Shown: positions 17,565 through 26,962 of the stretch, piece by piece
Layout of the letters: the number at the start of each line of letters is the position of its first letter
How positions within the stretch are numbered: the stretch's first letter is position 1
Origin: a virus
Strand: one strand, 5' to 3'
Length of the DNA: 64,000 nucleotides
IMG/VR virus record: IMGVR_UViG_3300045131_002463
Span: 34,050 to 98,049 of that record
The notes under the pieces: model-generated
The model's input: the letters and a program-made list of their open reading frames with translations, nothing else
What the model was told of the DNA's origin: nothing
Database searches by the model: none
Made by a program: the position numbers and the translations under genes

Positions 17565-18922
17565 TTATTACGAACTTCCTTTATTTGTAATCCACGTTCT
17601 TGGTAGAACTTTATTCTAGATTGTGCACTATTTTTAGTTTCTTTATAGAACATATCAATAATATCTATAACTACTGGGGTTTTTTTCCCAACTAAAAAAC
17701 GCTCTATCCTTCCCAGTGTCTGACGCATATCAGTTCTAACAGTACCTAGTATTAATGTATCCATTCTAGGTATATCAGTCCCTCTTGACATTAGCCCAAA
17801 GGTTGCTAGTATTATAGACGCTTCTTCTGCTGATCTATCTTTCTCTTCTTGCTTTAACATCTTACCATTTAAAGAGCGTACAAAATATCCAATTCTTTTA
17901 GGGCTTATATTATATACCTTCACTAAAAGTTCTTTAATATTTTGTAGTTGCTCTTTACGGTCTGACATTATAAGAGTTACTCTACCAGAACTAAAGCTTT
18001 TAGAAGCATAGCTGGCTATAAGATCATTTCTTACAGCATTTTTAGCAAGATTAGATATTAGCACTCCTCTACGTTGAATGTCTTTTAAGTAGGAAGGGAT
18101 AAGACCAGAGGATCCATAGAATCTATGAAGTACAACCATAGGAGTCATAGTTTTTGTATTTTTACACTTAATACGAAACTGTGCTAAACTTTCTTCAAAG
18201 ATAACATGAAGCCCATCCATACGGGTAGCGGAGGCAGTTACGCCTATTCTCCACTTAGCTGGAAACATACCAGATGCGGAAGAAAATGTTTTAGGAGGAA
18301 GAGAACTATCACATTCATCAAAGAATATTGCCCCAAAGCTGTTCTTAAACTCACGCGTAGCTATTCTAGGAATTACTATGGAATGTATTAAGCCAATTAC
18401 CACTTTCTTATTTTCATAATCAGACTTTCCCGCTTCTACTATCCCAATATCTTCTTCCTTTAAATCTGTAAATTGTAAAATTCTATCCTTCCATTGTTTT
18501 ACAAGATCACTCTTTGGCACTACAATTAATGTGGTAGTATGAAGTAATGATATCATTTTTAATCCCATCACTGTCTTGCCCGAGCCTGGGGCCGCCTCTA
18601 AAAAGAATCCGGTGGCCCCCTTATCTAGTAAAGCAGTAAACTCATCTATGGCTTTTATTTGGTAATCCCAGAGAGTCCCTTTAAATCTAAAATCCACTTT
18701 ACTGCCAATGACTCTATTATCTACGATAGTTGTAGCCATTTCTTTACTTAAGCGTAAGGCATGACGAGGGATACCAATGTAATCTGAAGTTTCTTTGTAG
18801 TAAGTAATAGTAGGGCTATTCTTATATTTACCCGTAATGGTATATCTCTGTTTATAATCGGAGACATTTATCTCAGATTTTGGAATATACAAATATTCAG
18901 ATAGTATTACTTTTTTAAACAT
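17561..18922 (-). CDS. superfamily 2 DNA helicase
   Basis: LWDYQ, APGSGKT, DECD, TAS, GTDIP, QTLGRIER. Confidence 0.88.
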   Translation of the reverse strand: MFKKVILSEYLYIPKSEINVSDYKQRYTITGKYKNSPTITYYKETSDYIGIPRHALRLSKEMATTIVDNRVIGSKVDFRFKGTLWDYQIKAIDEFTALLDKGATGFFLEAAPGSGKTVMGLKMISLLHTTTLIVVPKSDLVKQWKDRILQFTDLKEEDIGIVEAGKSDYENKKVVIGLIHSIVIPRIATREFKNSFGAIFFDECDSSLPPKTFSSASGMFPAKWRIGVTASATRMDGLHVIFEESLAQFRIKCKNTKTMTPMVVLHRFYGSSGLIPSYLKDIQRRGVLISNLAKNAVRNDLIASYASKSFSSGRVTLIMSDRKEQLQNIKELLVKVYNISPKRIGYFVRSLNGKMLKQEEKDRSAEEASIILATFGLMSRGTDIPRMDTLILGTVRTDMRQTLGRIERFLVGKKTPVVIDIIDMFYKETKNSAQSRIKFYQERGLQIKEVRNK

Positions 18923-18949
18923 AAGAAAGCCCTAACTATGATCTGCTAA

Positions 18950-19768
18950 TTAAAGCAGATCATTGAGATCGTCTTTTTTGGGGTCTGTAGTCAATTCTGA
19001 CGAGACTTCTTCTTCATCCATAGTTTCATCAGTATCTTCAAAGAAGTCATCTGTAGTTTCAGATGAGGGGGCTTTTTCTTCAAGCCCTAAACCAAACTCA
19101 TCCTCAAGATCAGTTGACTCGTCAGTTCCCATAGGTTCTCCTATGCCAGCAATAACTCTAAGTTCTTTATCTGACTTAGGTGCCAATACTGTAAAGTAAT
19201 CAATAGGTTTAAGAAATTCCTTAGGATCAGCTTCGATCTTTTTAGCTATAGCCTCAAGCGCTGAAATAGTAACCTTTTTACCTAAAGAAAAATATTCCCC
19301 GCAAGCTACGGACTGTTTATCAGTGTCACGTTCAATTTCCATGGAGTAATGTGTAAGATCTACTTTATTTCCCTCTAGAAATTGACGCATAACCGCCCTA
19401 ATACCTTTACCCTTCAAAACTAGCAAAACTTTCTGAAACTGATATTCTTTACCAGTTTTTTGACTGACAGTTTTACGAGTATCAATAACCGTAGAGACTA
19501 AAATAGGACTACGTTTATTATTAATCTGACAAAGAGGACAGGTTTCTGTATCAGAGGTGCACGTAAAGGTTTCCCATCTACCATCTACCTGAATACTATG
19601 CTCATAAAGCCACGTTGTAGGATTTTCCAGAAAAATAACTTTAGCCTTCTCAGTTGGCTTTAGTCTAAATCTACGGATGTTTGTTTGTTTTGTTGTAATT
19701 GCTCTCAGAGCTTCCATTTCTTTGAATTTTTGTTGACCTGCTAGGCCGGTGCTGTACCAGTTTGACAT
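18950..19768 (-). CDS. single-stranded DNA-binding protein (gp32-like)
   Basis: CPLC motif, long acidic tail ending DDLNDLL, replication context. Confidence 0.7.
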   Translation of the reverse strand: MSNWYSTGLAGQQKFKEMEALRAITTKQTNIRRFRLKPTEKAKVIFLENPTTWLYEHSIQVDGRWETFTCTSDTETCPLCQINNKRSPILVSTVIDTRKTVSQKTGKEYQFQKVLLVLKGKGIRAVMRQFLEGNKVDLTHYSMEIERDTDKQSVACGEYFSLGKKVTISALEAIAKKIEADPKEFLKPIDYFTVLAPKSDKELRVIAGIGEPMGTDESTDLEDEFGLGLEEKAPSSETTDDFFEDTDETMDEEEVSSELTTDPKKDDLNDLL

Positions 19769-19803
19769 GTGTTTTTACCTTTCACAAGTTTTATTTAATA
19801 AAT

Positions 19804-19832
19804 AGCTTACCACATTTTTTAATAGTTGTCAA
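19804..19832 (-). promoter_or_regulatory. sigma70 promoter upstream of SSB
   Basis: TTGACA-N17-TAAGCT with TGTGG. Confidence 0.72.
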
Positions 19833-19848
19833 GCTTTTTTTTTGATGA

Positions 19849-19866
19849 TTTGCAATTGATTGCAAA
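19849..19866. promoter_or_regulatory. palindromic site copy 4
   Basis: TTTGCAATTGATTGCAAA. Confidence 0.65.
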
Positions 19867-19871
19867 TTTTG

Positions 19872-20972
19872 TTAAAAATATTTCCTATGTCTCGCTTTCT
19901 TATCCACTAGGACTTTTTTATTAAGTGCCCGGACTATGTCCAAACGATTCTCTGCATCTCCTGGGTCCTTTCCTCCGGCATTTTCCCAGTTTATAACGTG
20001 AACCAACTTTCCATTAGATATATCTATTAACTTTTTTGTGGCCCTCCTTCCGGCATCATCATTATCAAAACCCACCCAGAGATTTGGGGAAGGTATACTA
20101 TAAATCTGAGTCTTAGAGAAACTAGCAGAAGTAGTAGCAATTACATTATTAAAGCCATATGTTTTTAATAATAAACAATCTGTTTCAGATTCCACTATAA
20201 TTGCAGGCTTATCCACTGTTATCTTATTGAGACCGAAGCATGCCCCACTGTCTCTTATAGTAGGAAGTGCATATTTGTTCCCAAATTGCTTAGGAGAGAT
20301 AGTAAACATTACTTTTGTATTTATATCACATACTCGAGCTCTTAATACTTGAATATTACCCCTTATATCAGTAAGAGGAAATATTATTAAATTACGTTGC
20401 TTATTATAACGTATTCCCATTTCAGCTATTATAGCTAAAGAAATACCTCTAACATTAATAAGATAGTCCTTAATATTCATAGCCACACTGTCGTTATTTT
20501 CCACTACAAGTGGAAAATTTCTTAGTAAAGGTAGTGGAAAAATAGGGGGAACTTCTTCCTTCTGTTGCTGCTCGGATATTTTAGGGACCACCCATTTATT
20601 AAACTTTAACGTTCCTTCTTTTGCCTCTTTCTCAAAGAGAGCATCATCCTCTCTATCATCTTCACTAAGTGCAGATATTTCGTATGCTTGATAATAAGCG
20701 GCTAGTCTCTTATCCCTATATTCGTTATACATGGATTTTTGAATAATTAAACTCAAGAGCTTAACAGGAGTAGGCGTGCAGGAAAAACACTTAAATACAG
20801 AATTTCCAGAGGGATTTATAGAAATTCCCGCACTAGGATGGTAATCCTGTCCTGATGAGTGCTTATGAGATGCCAGCGGACAAGGTACATTAACCCAGTC
20901 ATCCCTAACAACCATAGCAGAGTCATCATAACCCATAAGACGTAGAAGCTTTATGATATTAATTTCTTTCAC
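19872..20972 (-). CDS. DNA primase (Zn finger + TOPRIM)
   Basis: CPLxxxxH...CFSC; IVESETD; FDNDDAG; KDPGD. Confidence 0.85.
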   Translation of the reverse strand: MKEINIIKLLRLMGYDDSAMVVRDDWVNVPCPLASHKHSSGQDYHPSAGISINPSGNSVFKCFSCTPTPVKLLSLIIQKSMYNEYRDKRLAAYYQAYEISALSEDDREDDALFEKEAKEGTLKFNKWVVPKISEQQQKEEVPPIFPLPLLRNFPLVVENNDSVAMNIKDYLINVRGISLAIIAEMGIRYNKQRNLIIFPLTDIRGNIQVLRARVCDINTKVMFTISPKQFGNKYALPTIRDSGACFGLNKITVDKPAIIVESETDCLLLKTYGFNNVIATTSASFSKTQIYSIPSPNLWVGFDNDDAGRRATKKLIDISNGKLVHVINWENAGGKDPGDAENRLDIVRALNKKVLVDKKARHRKYF

Positions 20973-20982
20973 AGCAACTCAC

Positions 20983-22272
20983 TTATTCTTCTGTAGCTTC
21001 TGGCTCCATATAACTATCTTCAGAGAGAAGGGGTCTAGTAGGAGAAGGCTCTATAATCTTTGTGTGTATCGTATCTATTATTATCATAGTACTACCTTCT
21101 TCTCCGTCTCTACCCTTCGTTATGCTTAAACGCTTAGGTTTATTTCTATTATCCCACATTCCTGTGCCAATGCTTTCATTTTCGTAATCTGACATCTCTA
21201 CTACAATACTAGCTAACTGTCTAACTACAGCGCTTTGATAAATATCCTCTGACTTTTTATTTAATTGATAAGTTGCAAATATAGGGATATTCATTTCCTT
21301 AGCTAGGGTCTTAAGAGATTCAGCTACAGAGGAAACAATCTCGTAGCGGGTTTTAGCATAAAATTCAGGTTTAAGCAAATACGCTCCGTCTACATAGATG
21401 GCATCTGGTTTATAGACATAGGCAGAGGATTTAACATCTAATACCCCTAAACTCATAGAAGCGTCTGTCATATAAAATTTATTAGGTAACTCTGATAATA
21501 GTTGCTTATCGTATTTTATAACTTCTTCTCCTATAGTAGTAGTTAGTTTACCAAATTTAATCCTATTTACACTTAGATTATTTCGTAAAGCAATAGCTCT
21601 CCTATGATATTGGATTTCTGACATTTCCGTAGGGATAAATAAAACTGAGCTACCCTGAGCGTGTGCTGCTAATGCCATATGCATTAATATAAAAGTTTTA
21701 CCGCTGGAAGGGAGCCCCGCTAAACAAATAAGATCTCCTCCCTGAGCTCCACCAGAACTAGAGTCTAAAAAATCTAGACCAAAAGGAACTCCGAATTCTC
21801 TAATATTTAAACGAGCTTTATTATGTAAATCTAATAAGTTATCTATGGTGTCTTCTAATGAATATACTCTAGTTTTAGTCTGACCTTCCACTAGTATCCT
21901 AGTGAGTTTAGTGGCTATATTAGCTGCACTATCTATATCGCCTTCAGTTATTTTAGCCATAGCCTCTTTACATAAAGAGAAAGAATTCTCTACAGCGTAT
22001 CTTTTTCTTACCTCATCTGCCCAGAATTGTACATTATTATCTATAGGAATATCTGGTAAACTGTATCCAGATTCTACTTCTACTGTAGATTTAGATGGAA
22101 GTTCTTTATATAATTCTACATACTTAGACATTACATCTAGTATAACTTGTTCTTCTCTAGTAAAGAACTCCCTAACTAAACGAAAACTAGCTAGGAAGGA
22201 AGAAGGTCCCTTATTTCCCAATACGGCTAATGAAAAAAGTAATCCTGTTGTGGGCTCTAATTGTTTTGACAT
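20983..22272 (-). CDS. dnaB: DnaB-like replicative helicase
   Basis: AGLPSSGKT, TEM, YVDGAYL, LKTLAKEMNIPI, QLN, KGRDG; start placed at MSKQ behind GGAGG. Confidence 0.85.
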   Translation of the reverse strand: MSKQLEPTTGLLFSLAVLGNKGPSSFLASFRLVREFFTREEQVILDVMSKYVELYKELPSKSTVEVESGYSLPDIPIDNNVQFWADEVRKRYAVENSFSLCKEAMAKITEGDIDSAANIATKLTRILVEGQTKTRVYSLEDTIDNLLDLHNKARLNIREFGVPFGLDFLDSSSGGAQGGDLICLAGLPSSGKTFILMHMALAAHAQGSSVLFIPTEMSEIQYHRRAIALRNNLSVNRIKFGKLTTTIGEEVIKYDKQLLSELPNKFYMTDASMSLGVLDVKSSAYVYKPDAIYVDGAYLLKPEFYAKTRYEIVSSVAESLKTLAKEMNIPIFATYQLNKKSEDIYQSAVVRQLASIVVEMSDYENESIGTGMWDNRNKPKRLSITKGRDGEEGSTMIIIDTIHTKIIEPSPTRPLLSEDSYMEPEATEE

Positions 22273-22937
22273 TAATCCTCCCAAAGAGATTTTTTGCTTT
22301 CGCAAGTTTGTATAATAACGGGGGTTACCTTAAATTGAAAAGTCTGCTCGAATGCAGGTGAATAAAAAGTACGCAATTTATACATAGTGTCTTCTTTTAT
22401 TTTGGAAGGAATAATCTGCAAAGTATGTGCAGTGAATACTACTTTTCTACTAAATATTAATGGCTCTATTATTCCTTCTAGCGAAGAAGACATAGATGAT
22501 ATTCTATTGTCTCCAGAAAAAATATTACCTATCATAACTAAATCTTTATTTATTCTGGAAGGCATCTCCGCTGATATATCTTTGTCTAGCAGACTGTCAA
22601 GTAAATGCTTTAGAGAAATTTTAAATATGGATTCGCCTTTCGGACTATTAAGAGCATAGATTAGGGGGAAATACTTATGAATTTCCCACAATAACTGAGA
22701 GGTATCTATTATTACTAAAGCTGAGTTATGCTCTAATAACGCTTTCTTTATCTTATTACAGTGTGACATAAAGAAAGGATTATCATCTAGAAATTTTGAT
22801 AAAGAAGATAAATCTAGGCCGAATCCATTTTCTATTAATTTGTTTTTTATTTCTTTGTATAAGAATGCCTCCGATGTATCGGAGCACATATACTTACCAT
22901 CAAGTTCTTTTAAGGTTTTATATCCTGTATCTGCCAT
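22272..22937 (-). CDS. hypothetical protein, possible degenerate helicase loader
   Basis: Directly upstream of DnaB; no intact Walker A. Confidence 0.45.
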   Translation of the reverse strand: MADTGYKTLKELDGKYMCSDTSEAFLYKEIKNKLIENGFGLDLSSLSKFLDDNPFFMSHCNKIKKALLEHNSALVIIDTSQLLWEIHKYFPLIYALNSPKGESIFKISLKHLLDSLLDKDISAEMPSRINKDLVMIGNIFSGDNRISSMSSSLEGIIEPLIFSRKVVFTAHTLQIIPSKIKEDTMYKLRTFYSPAFEQTFQFKVTPVIIQTCESKKSLWED

Positions 22938-23334
22938 CTAAGTCCTCCTCTATCTTAAATTTTAACCATATATAATCAATGGGCTCTTTAGTTGAATTTA
23001 TTATGCGAAGAGCGGAAATAAAATAATCAAGATTCCGCTTAAGGTTAAAAATATTAAAAGTTTCAAAGTTTCCAGTTTTAATTCCGGTTAAAGATAATGA
23101 TTTATTTATGAGGATATAGTATTTAATGAATTGTTCAAACTTTATATAATCCTGACCTATTTTTTCTAAGATTCCTTTATAGGCCCCATTCCATTGGTGC
23201 TTATCTTCAGTCTTAATATCTTGTATTTTTAGATAATATTTATCACATAAAAAAATTAAGTACTGCAGAGACACCTTTGACGGCTTTTTTTTTGATTCAG
23301 GTTTCTGTAAATCCTTGAGTAATAATTTTTTCAT
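22918..23334 (-). CDS. hypothetical basic protein, first gene of replication arm
   Basis: True start probably MKKLLL at 23334, just downstream of promoter 23342-23370. Confidence 0.55.
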   Translation of the reverse strand: MKKLLLKDLQKPESKKKPSKVSLQYLIFLCDKYYLKIQDIKTEDKHQWNGAYKGILEKIGQDYIKFEQFIKYYILINKSLSLTGIKTGNFETFNIFNLKRNLDYFISALRIINSTKEPIDYIWLKFKIEEDLDGRYRI

Positions 23335-23341
23335 GTAACGA

Positions 23342-23370
23342 TCTTTACCACAAAAAATTTTGTTTGTCAA
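23342..23370 (-). promoter_or_regulatory. sigma70 promoter (leaderless)
   Basis: TTGACA-N17-TAAAGA with TGTGG. Confidence 0.65.
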
Positions 23371-23800
23371 GTAAAAAATTTGGGGAGAGGGGGAGCGCAA
23401 TGGGAGTGGGGTCTTGAAATCCGGATCTTTAAGGAAGATAGGGGGAAGAAAAAATTTTTTAATCCCTTATGAAAATTTAAAATCGTAAAAATTTTTTTCT
23501 TTTTTACTTTGGCCCATTAAGAGAAAGAGAAAATTTTCTTACAATTTCCCTGGAGAAAAAAATTTTTTTCTTCTCTCTCTCCATGGAGAAGAGTATATAT
23601 CTATACTCTACCCTGAATTACTATATTACTATTCTTTTACTATCTTTAAAAAAAAAGCTTTCGCTCCAATACTGCAATCAGTAATATCATATTTTTAAAA
23701 GTTTGTCAAGAAAAAAATGCACGCATTTAAAAATAAATTTTATTTCCTATGAAACGCAGTTCTTTTAATATTAATTTAAAATTAGTATTACTTTTTTCTT
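23371..23800. other. divergent intergenic region, candidate origin
   Basis: Non-coding, repeated A-tract/T-tract palindromes, strand switch. Confidence 0.4.
23681..23709 (-). promoter_or_regulatory. sigma70 promoter firing into the intergenic region
   Basis: TTGACAAACTTTTAAAAATATGATATTAC. Confidence 0.55.
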
Positions 23801-23891
23801 GACATTAGGTACGCCGACAGATTATTTTAAAGAATCAATGGGTTATGATTTTCATAAAATATTATACCTCAAAGGGTGGCCTAAAGCAAGC

Positions 23892-24488
23892 ATGATTCCT
23901 AGAAAATTAGTTATTAAAGATGACAAAGAGTATGAACGTGTTGTTTTTGGGGAGATATATGTCCCCGGGCAGGAAGATGCTCATGGCGACATTATGACAG
24001 CGGAAGAGATAAAAAAGGCCGCTTATGGATTTATGAAAAATCAGCGCACTCATAATATTGACTTAATGCATAATAACGAACCCACAGGGGATTATTTAGT
24101 TGAGACTTTTATAGCGCGTTCTTCGGATCCGGATGGCTTCGTAGAAGGGGCGTGGGTTGGCGCTACTAAAATAGAATCAGATGAAGTTTGGGGTAAAATT
24201 CTTAAGGGTGAAATAAATTGTTATTCTCTTGAGGGTCTTACTAATTTAGACCAGAAGATTGAAACAGTTCAACGAGTAGTGGAGGCAGAGGGAGATACCC
24301 AGGAAAATTTGGATGAATTAATTCCGCCTCATACGCACACCTTTAAAATAAAATTTGATGATGAAAATAAAATAATAGTAGCAAATACAGGAATGTCCCA
24401 GGGACATAATCATATTATAAGATCAGCTTCAACCACTGAGGTTAGATTTGGTCATGCCCATAGATATTCTTTTAATGAGGTAATATAA
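23892..24488 (+). CDS. XkdF-like prohead protease
   Basis: VFGEIYVP, DAHGD, EEIKKAAYGFM, IDLMH, GAWV, GEINCYSLEG; His-rich tail. Confidence 0.8.
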   Translation: MIPRKLVIKDDKEYERVVFGEIYVPGQEDAHGDIMTAEEIKKAAYGFMKNQRTHNIDLMHNNEPTGDYLVETFIARSSDPDGFVEGAWVGATKIESDEVWGKILKGEINCYSLEGLTNLDQKIETVQRVVEAEGDTQENLDELIPPHTHTFKIKFDDENKIIVANTGMSQGHNHIIRSASTTEVRFGHAHRYSFNEVI

Positions 24489-24492
24489 TTAA

Positions 24493-25584
24493 ATGCCAAA
24501 CATAGTTGAAGAAGTAGAGACTGAAGTACAGTATATGAATGATGTGGATGTTCAGTGGATTTCTTTAGTAAATAAAGGAGCAAACAGAACACCCTTTAAA
24601 ATTATAAAAACGGAGGACGCGATGGAAGAAGTTATTCAGAGTATTATAACTCCATTAGCTAAAGATTTTGATAAATATAAGGAGTTGCATGAATGGTCTA
24701 AAGAATTTAAAATATTGAAGACTGAAAACCATGGTGAGTATAGCAAATTCATTAGCATACCTATTGATGAACTGGAGCCAGCTTCAGTTAAATTGGTTAG
24801 ACTTAGTGAGGATGAGCATGTTTTTGCCGTGGTGGGCGTCCCTTTAAAAATGGAAGGATCCAATATTGTTTACAAATCTATAATTATGGATAGACCGATA
24901 AAATTGGATGATAGGGGGATTACAACTTTTAGAGATACCTTCTATAGTGAGATTAATAATTTGATGTCTATCGTAAATGGTACGATGGAATTGAATGAAA
25001 TGGATAATAAGAAGAAGAGGGATATTATTGGTAAATCTCTTGATGCATTTAAGAGTTTTATTTCTGCTGGTTTAGATATAAGCGCAGATAATATTATATT
25101 TGCAAAACAAGAACAAAAAAGTGAGGTTAATATGGATGTAAAGGATGAAAAGGTAACAGAGGTTATCGTTGAAAAGGTGGAGGCTTCTGTGCCTGCTCCT
25201 GTAGCTGAGCCCGTTGTGGCCGAGACTGTAAATAAGAGCGAAGAAAAACTTTTGGAGATGCTTGCGGTTCTTACTCAGAAAATTGAAGATTTGTCTGCGA
25301 AGACGGATTCTATGGTTAAGAAAGAAGAGCCAGAAGTCGTAGAAAAAGTTGAAGAAGTTCAGGTAGAAGTTGCTAAGGCGGAAGAAGTCCCCGTGGTTCC
25401 TTTTGCTAAGTTTGAGGAAACTCTTGACACCATGAAGGTTAAATTAGAGAAACTCGAGCAACTTGTAGAAAAGATTGATGCGGATGTACCGGAACCCTCA
25501 GTTCAGGAGCCCGTGATTAAAGAAGAGCCTACTGTTAAGAGCGAAAGTCCTTTTTCTGGGATTTTTGGAAATCTTCGAAGGTAA
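24493..25584 (+). CDS. putative capsid scaffold protein
   Basis: ISLVNKGAN N-terminal motif, E/K/V/P-rich coiled-coil C-terminus, precedes capsid. Confidence 0.65.
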   Translation: MPNIVEEVETEVQYMNDVDVQWISLVNKGANRTPFKIIKTEDAMEEVIQSIITPLAKDFDKYKELHEWSKEFKILKTENHGEYSKFISIPIDELEPASVKLVRLSEDEHVFAVVGVPLKMEGSNIVYKSIIMDRPIKLDDRGITTFRDTFYSEINNLMSIVNGTMELNEMDNKKKRDIIGKSLDAFKSFISAGLDISADNIIFAKQEQKSEVNMDVKDEKVTEVIVEKVEASVPAPVAEPVVAETVNKSEEKLLEMLAVLTQKIEDLSAKTDSMVKKEEPEVVEKVEEVQVEVAKAEEVPVVPFAKFEETLDTMKVKLEKLEQLVEKIDADVPEPSVQEPVIKEEPTVKSESPFSGIFGNLRR

Positions 25585-25615
25585 TTATAAAAAAAATTTA
25601 GGAGGATTTATTTAG

Positions 25616-26572
25616 ATGGGAAAACTTAGTCCAAAAACTATAGTAGAAAAGGCTGATATAGCCGTACAGAACCTTATTGACAATGGTGGTTATTTGAACC
25701 CGATACAGGCAAATACTTTTATTCGTATGCTGGTGGATCAACCTACCATCCTTAATGAAATGCGTGTTGTCCCTATGAATGCGCCTACGATGGAAATCAA
25801 TAAAATTGGTTTTTCTAGTAGAATTCTTAGGGCGGCTCCTGCATCTGGGACGGCTCTTAGTGGAACTGGTTATCAGACCAGAGCGGCTGCTTCTACTGAT
25901 AAGGTAGAGCTTCTGACTAAAGAAATCATAGCAGAAGTCTGGTTGCCTTATGATGTGTTGGAAGACAACATTGAGCGCGGGACGTTGGAATCGACGATCA
26001 TGTCGATGATCACTGAGAGAGCCTCTATTGATCTGGAAGAGCTTATTATATTGGGCTTTACCTCAGCGACTGACCCTTACATTGGGCTTATGAATGGTCT
26101 ATTGGTAACTGCTAATGATCATTTAGTAAATTATACCAGCCCGCCGTCTGATATTGATGTTGATATCTTTAAGCGCGGCCTTCAGGCTATGCCTACAAAG
26201 TACCTCAGAAATAGAGGACAGATGAAGTTTTATGTGTCTCATTACCTAGAGTCAGAATTTGCGGCTCAGATGTCTTTTAGAGAGACTGCGATGGGTGATG
26301 TTAGAATCACTAATGATTATGCTTCTATGTTGAAGGCTTTTGGGGTGCCAGTAGTTCCGTGTGCCATGATGCCTGACGCTAATTATATTTTTACGCTTCC
26401 TCAGAATTTGATTCTTGGAATTCAGCGTAAAATTCAGATCGAAACCGATAGGTTGGTTAGGGAACGTGCACATGTCATCGTCTTGACGATGCGTCTCGCG
26501 TTCGCTATAGAGGAAACCGACGCAGTCGTTAAGGCCACTGGCTTGACAGCGACGGGTACCACAACTTACTAA
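25616..26572 (+). CDS. major capsid protein (HK97 fold, XkdG-like)
   Basis: GGYLNPIQANTFI, LEDNIE, DLEEL, MPTKYL. Confidence 0.85.
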   Translation: MGKLSPKTIVEKADIAVQNLIDNGGYLNPIQANTFIRMLVDQPTILNEMRVVPMNAPTMEINKIGFSSRILRAAPASGTALSGTGYQTRAAASTDKVELLTKEIIAEVWLPYDVLEDNIERGTLESTIMSMITERASIDLEELIILGFTSATDPYIGLMNGLLVTANDHLVNYTSPPSDIDVDIFKRGLQAMPTKYLRNRGQMKFYVSHYLESEFAAQMSFRETAMGDVRITNDYASMLKAFGVPVVPCAMMPDANYIFTLPQNLILGIQRKIQIETDRLVRERAHVIVLTMRLAFAIEETDAVVKATGLTATGTTTY

Positions 26573-26577
26573 ACAAC

Positions 26578-26605
26578 AAGGGCCGCCAATCGGCGGCCCT
26601 TTTTT
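26578..26605 (+). terminator. intrinsic terminator after capsid
   Basis: AAGGGCCGCC-AATC-GGCGGCCCTT + T-run. Confidence 0.85.
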
Positions 26606-26635
26606 CCTTATATTTAATTTTTGGAGTAATGATCT

Positions 26636-26962
26636 ATGAGCGAATATAAAGTCACATGTCAGGGTAGACCTGGATCGACTTATAATTATATTTTTGATAA
26701 AGCAGATATAACTTTTATAGGCGGCGCAGTAAAAACCGTGGATGAAAGTATAGCAAAATTCTTAGTTAAGCAGAAATTTTCTTCAGGTAAATCAATATTT
26801 AGAATTGAAAAAAATATTCAAGAGAAAATTGTAGAAGAGAAAGTTGAAGATGCATTACAAAAAGCAGTAGAAGAGACAGAAATAGAGAAAAAGATAACTC
26901 CAGTAAAAACTACTACAATTAAGCCGCCTATTAATAATAAAAAACAGGATAAATTAATATAA
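26636..26962 (+). CDS. hypothetical virion/head protein
   Basis: Position after capsid, GGAG RBS. Confidence 0.55.
   Translation: MSEYKVTCQGRPGSTYNYIFDKADITFIGGAVKTVDESIAKFLVKQKFSSGKSIFRIEKNIQEKIVEEKVEDALQKAVEETEIEKKITPVKTTTIKPPINNKKQDKLI

Noticed and set aside
23811-23817. Isolated TACGCCG as a seventh Y RNA
   Set aside because: Lacks the GAAGTA motif and the flanking stems.
23799-23891. TTG-start N-terminal extension of the protease
   Set aside because: The TTG is part of a TTGACA promoter-like element; similarity to XkdF begins after ATG 23892.
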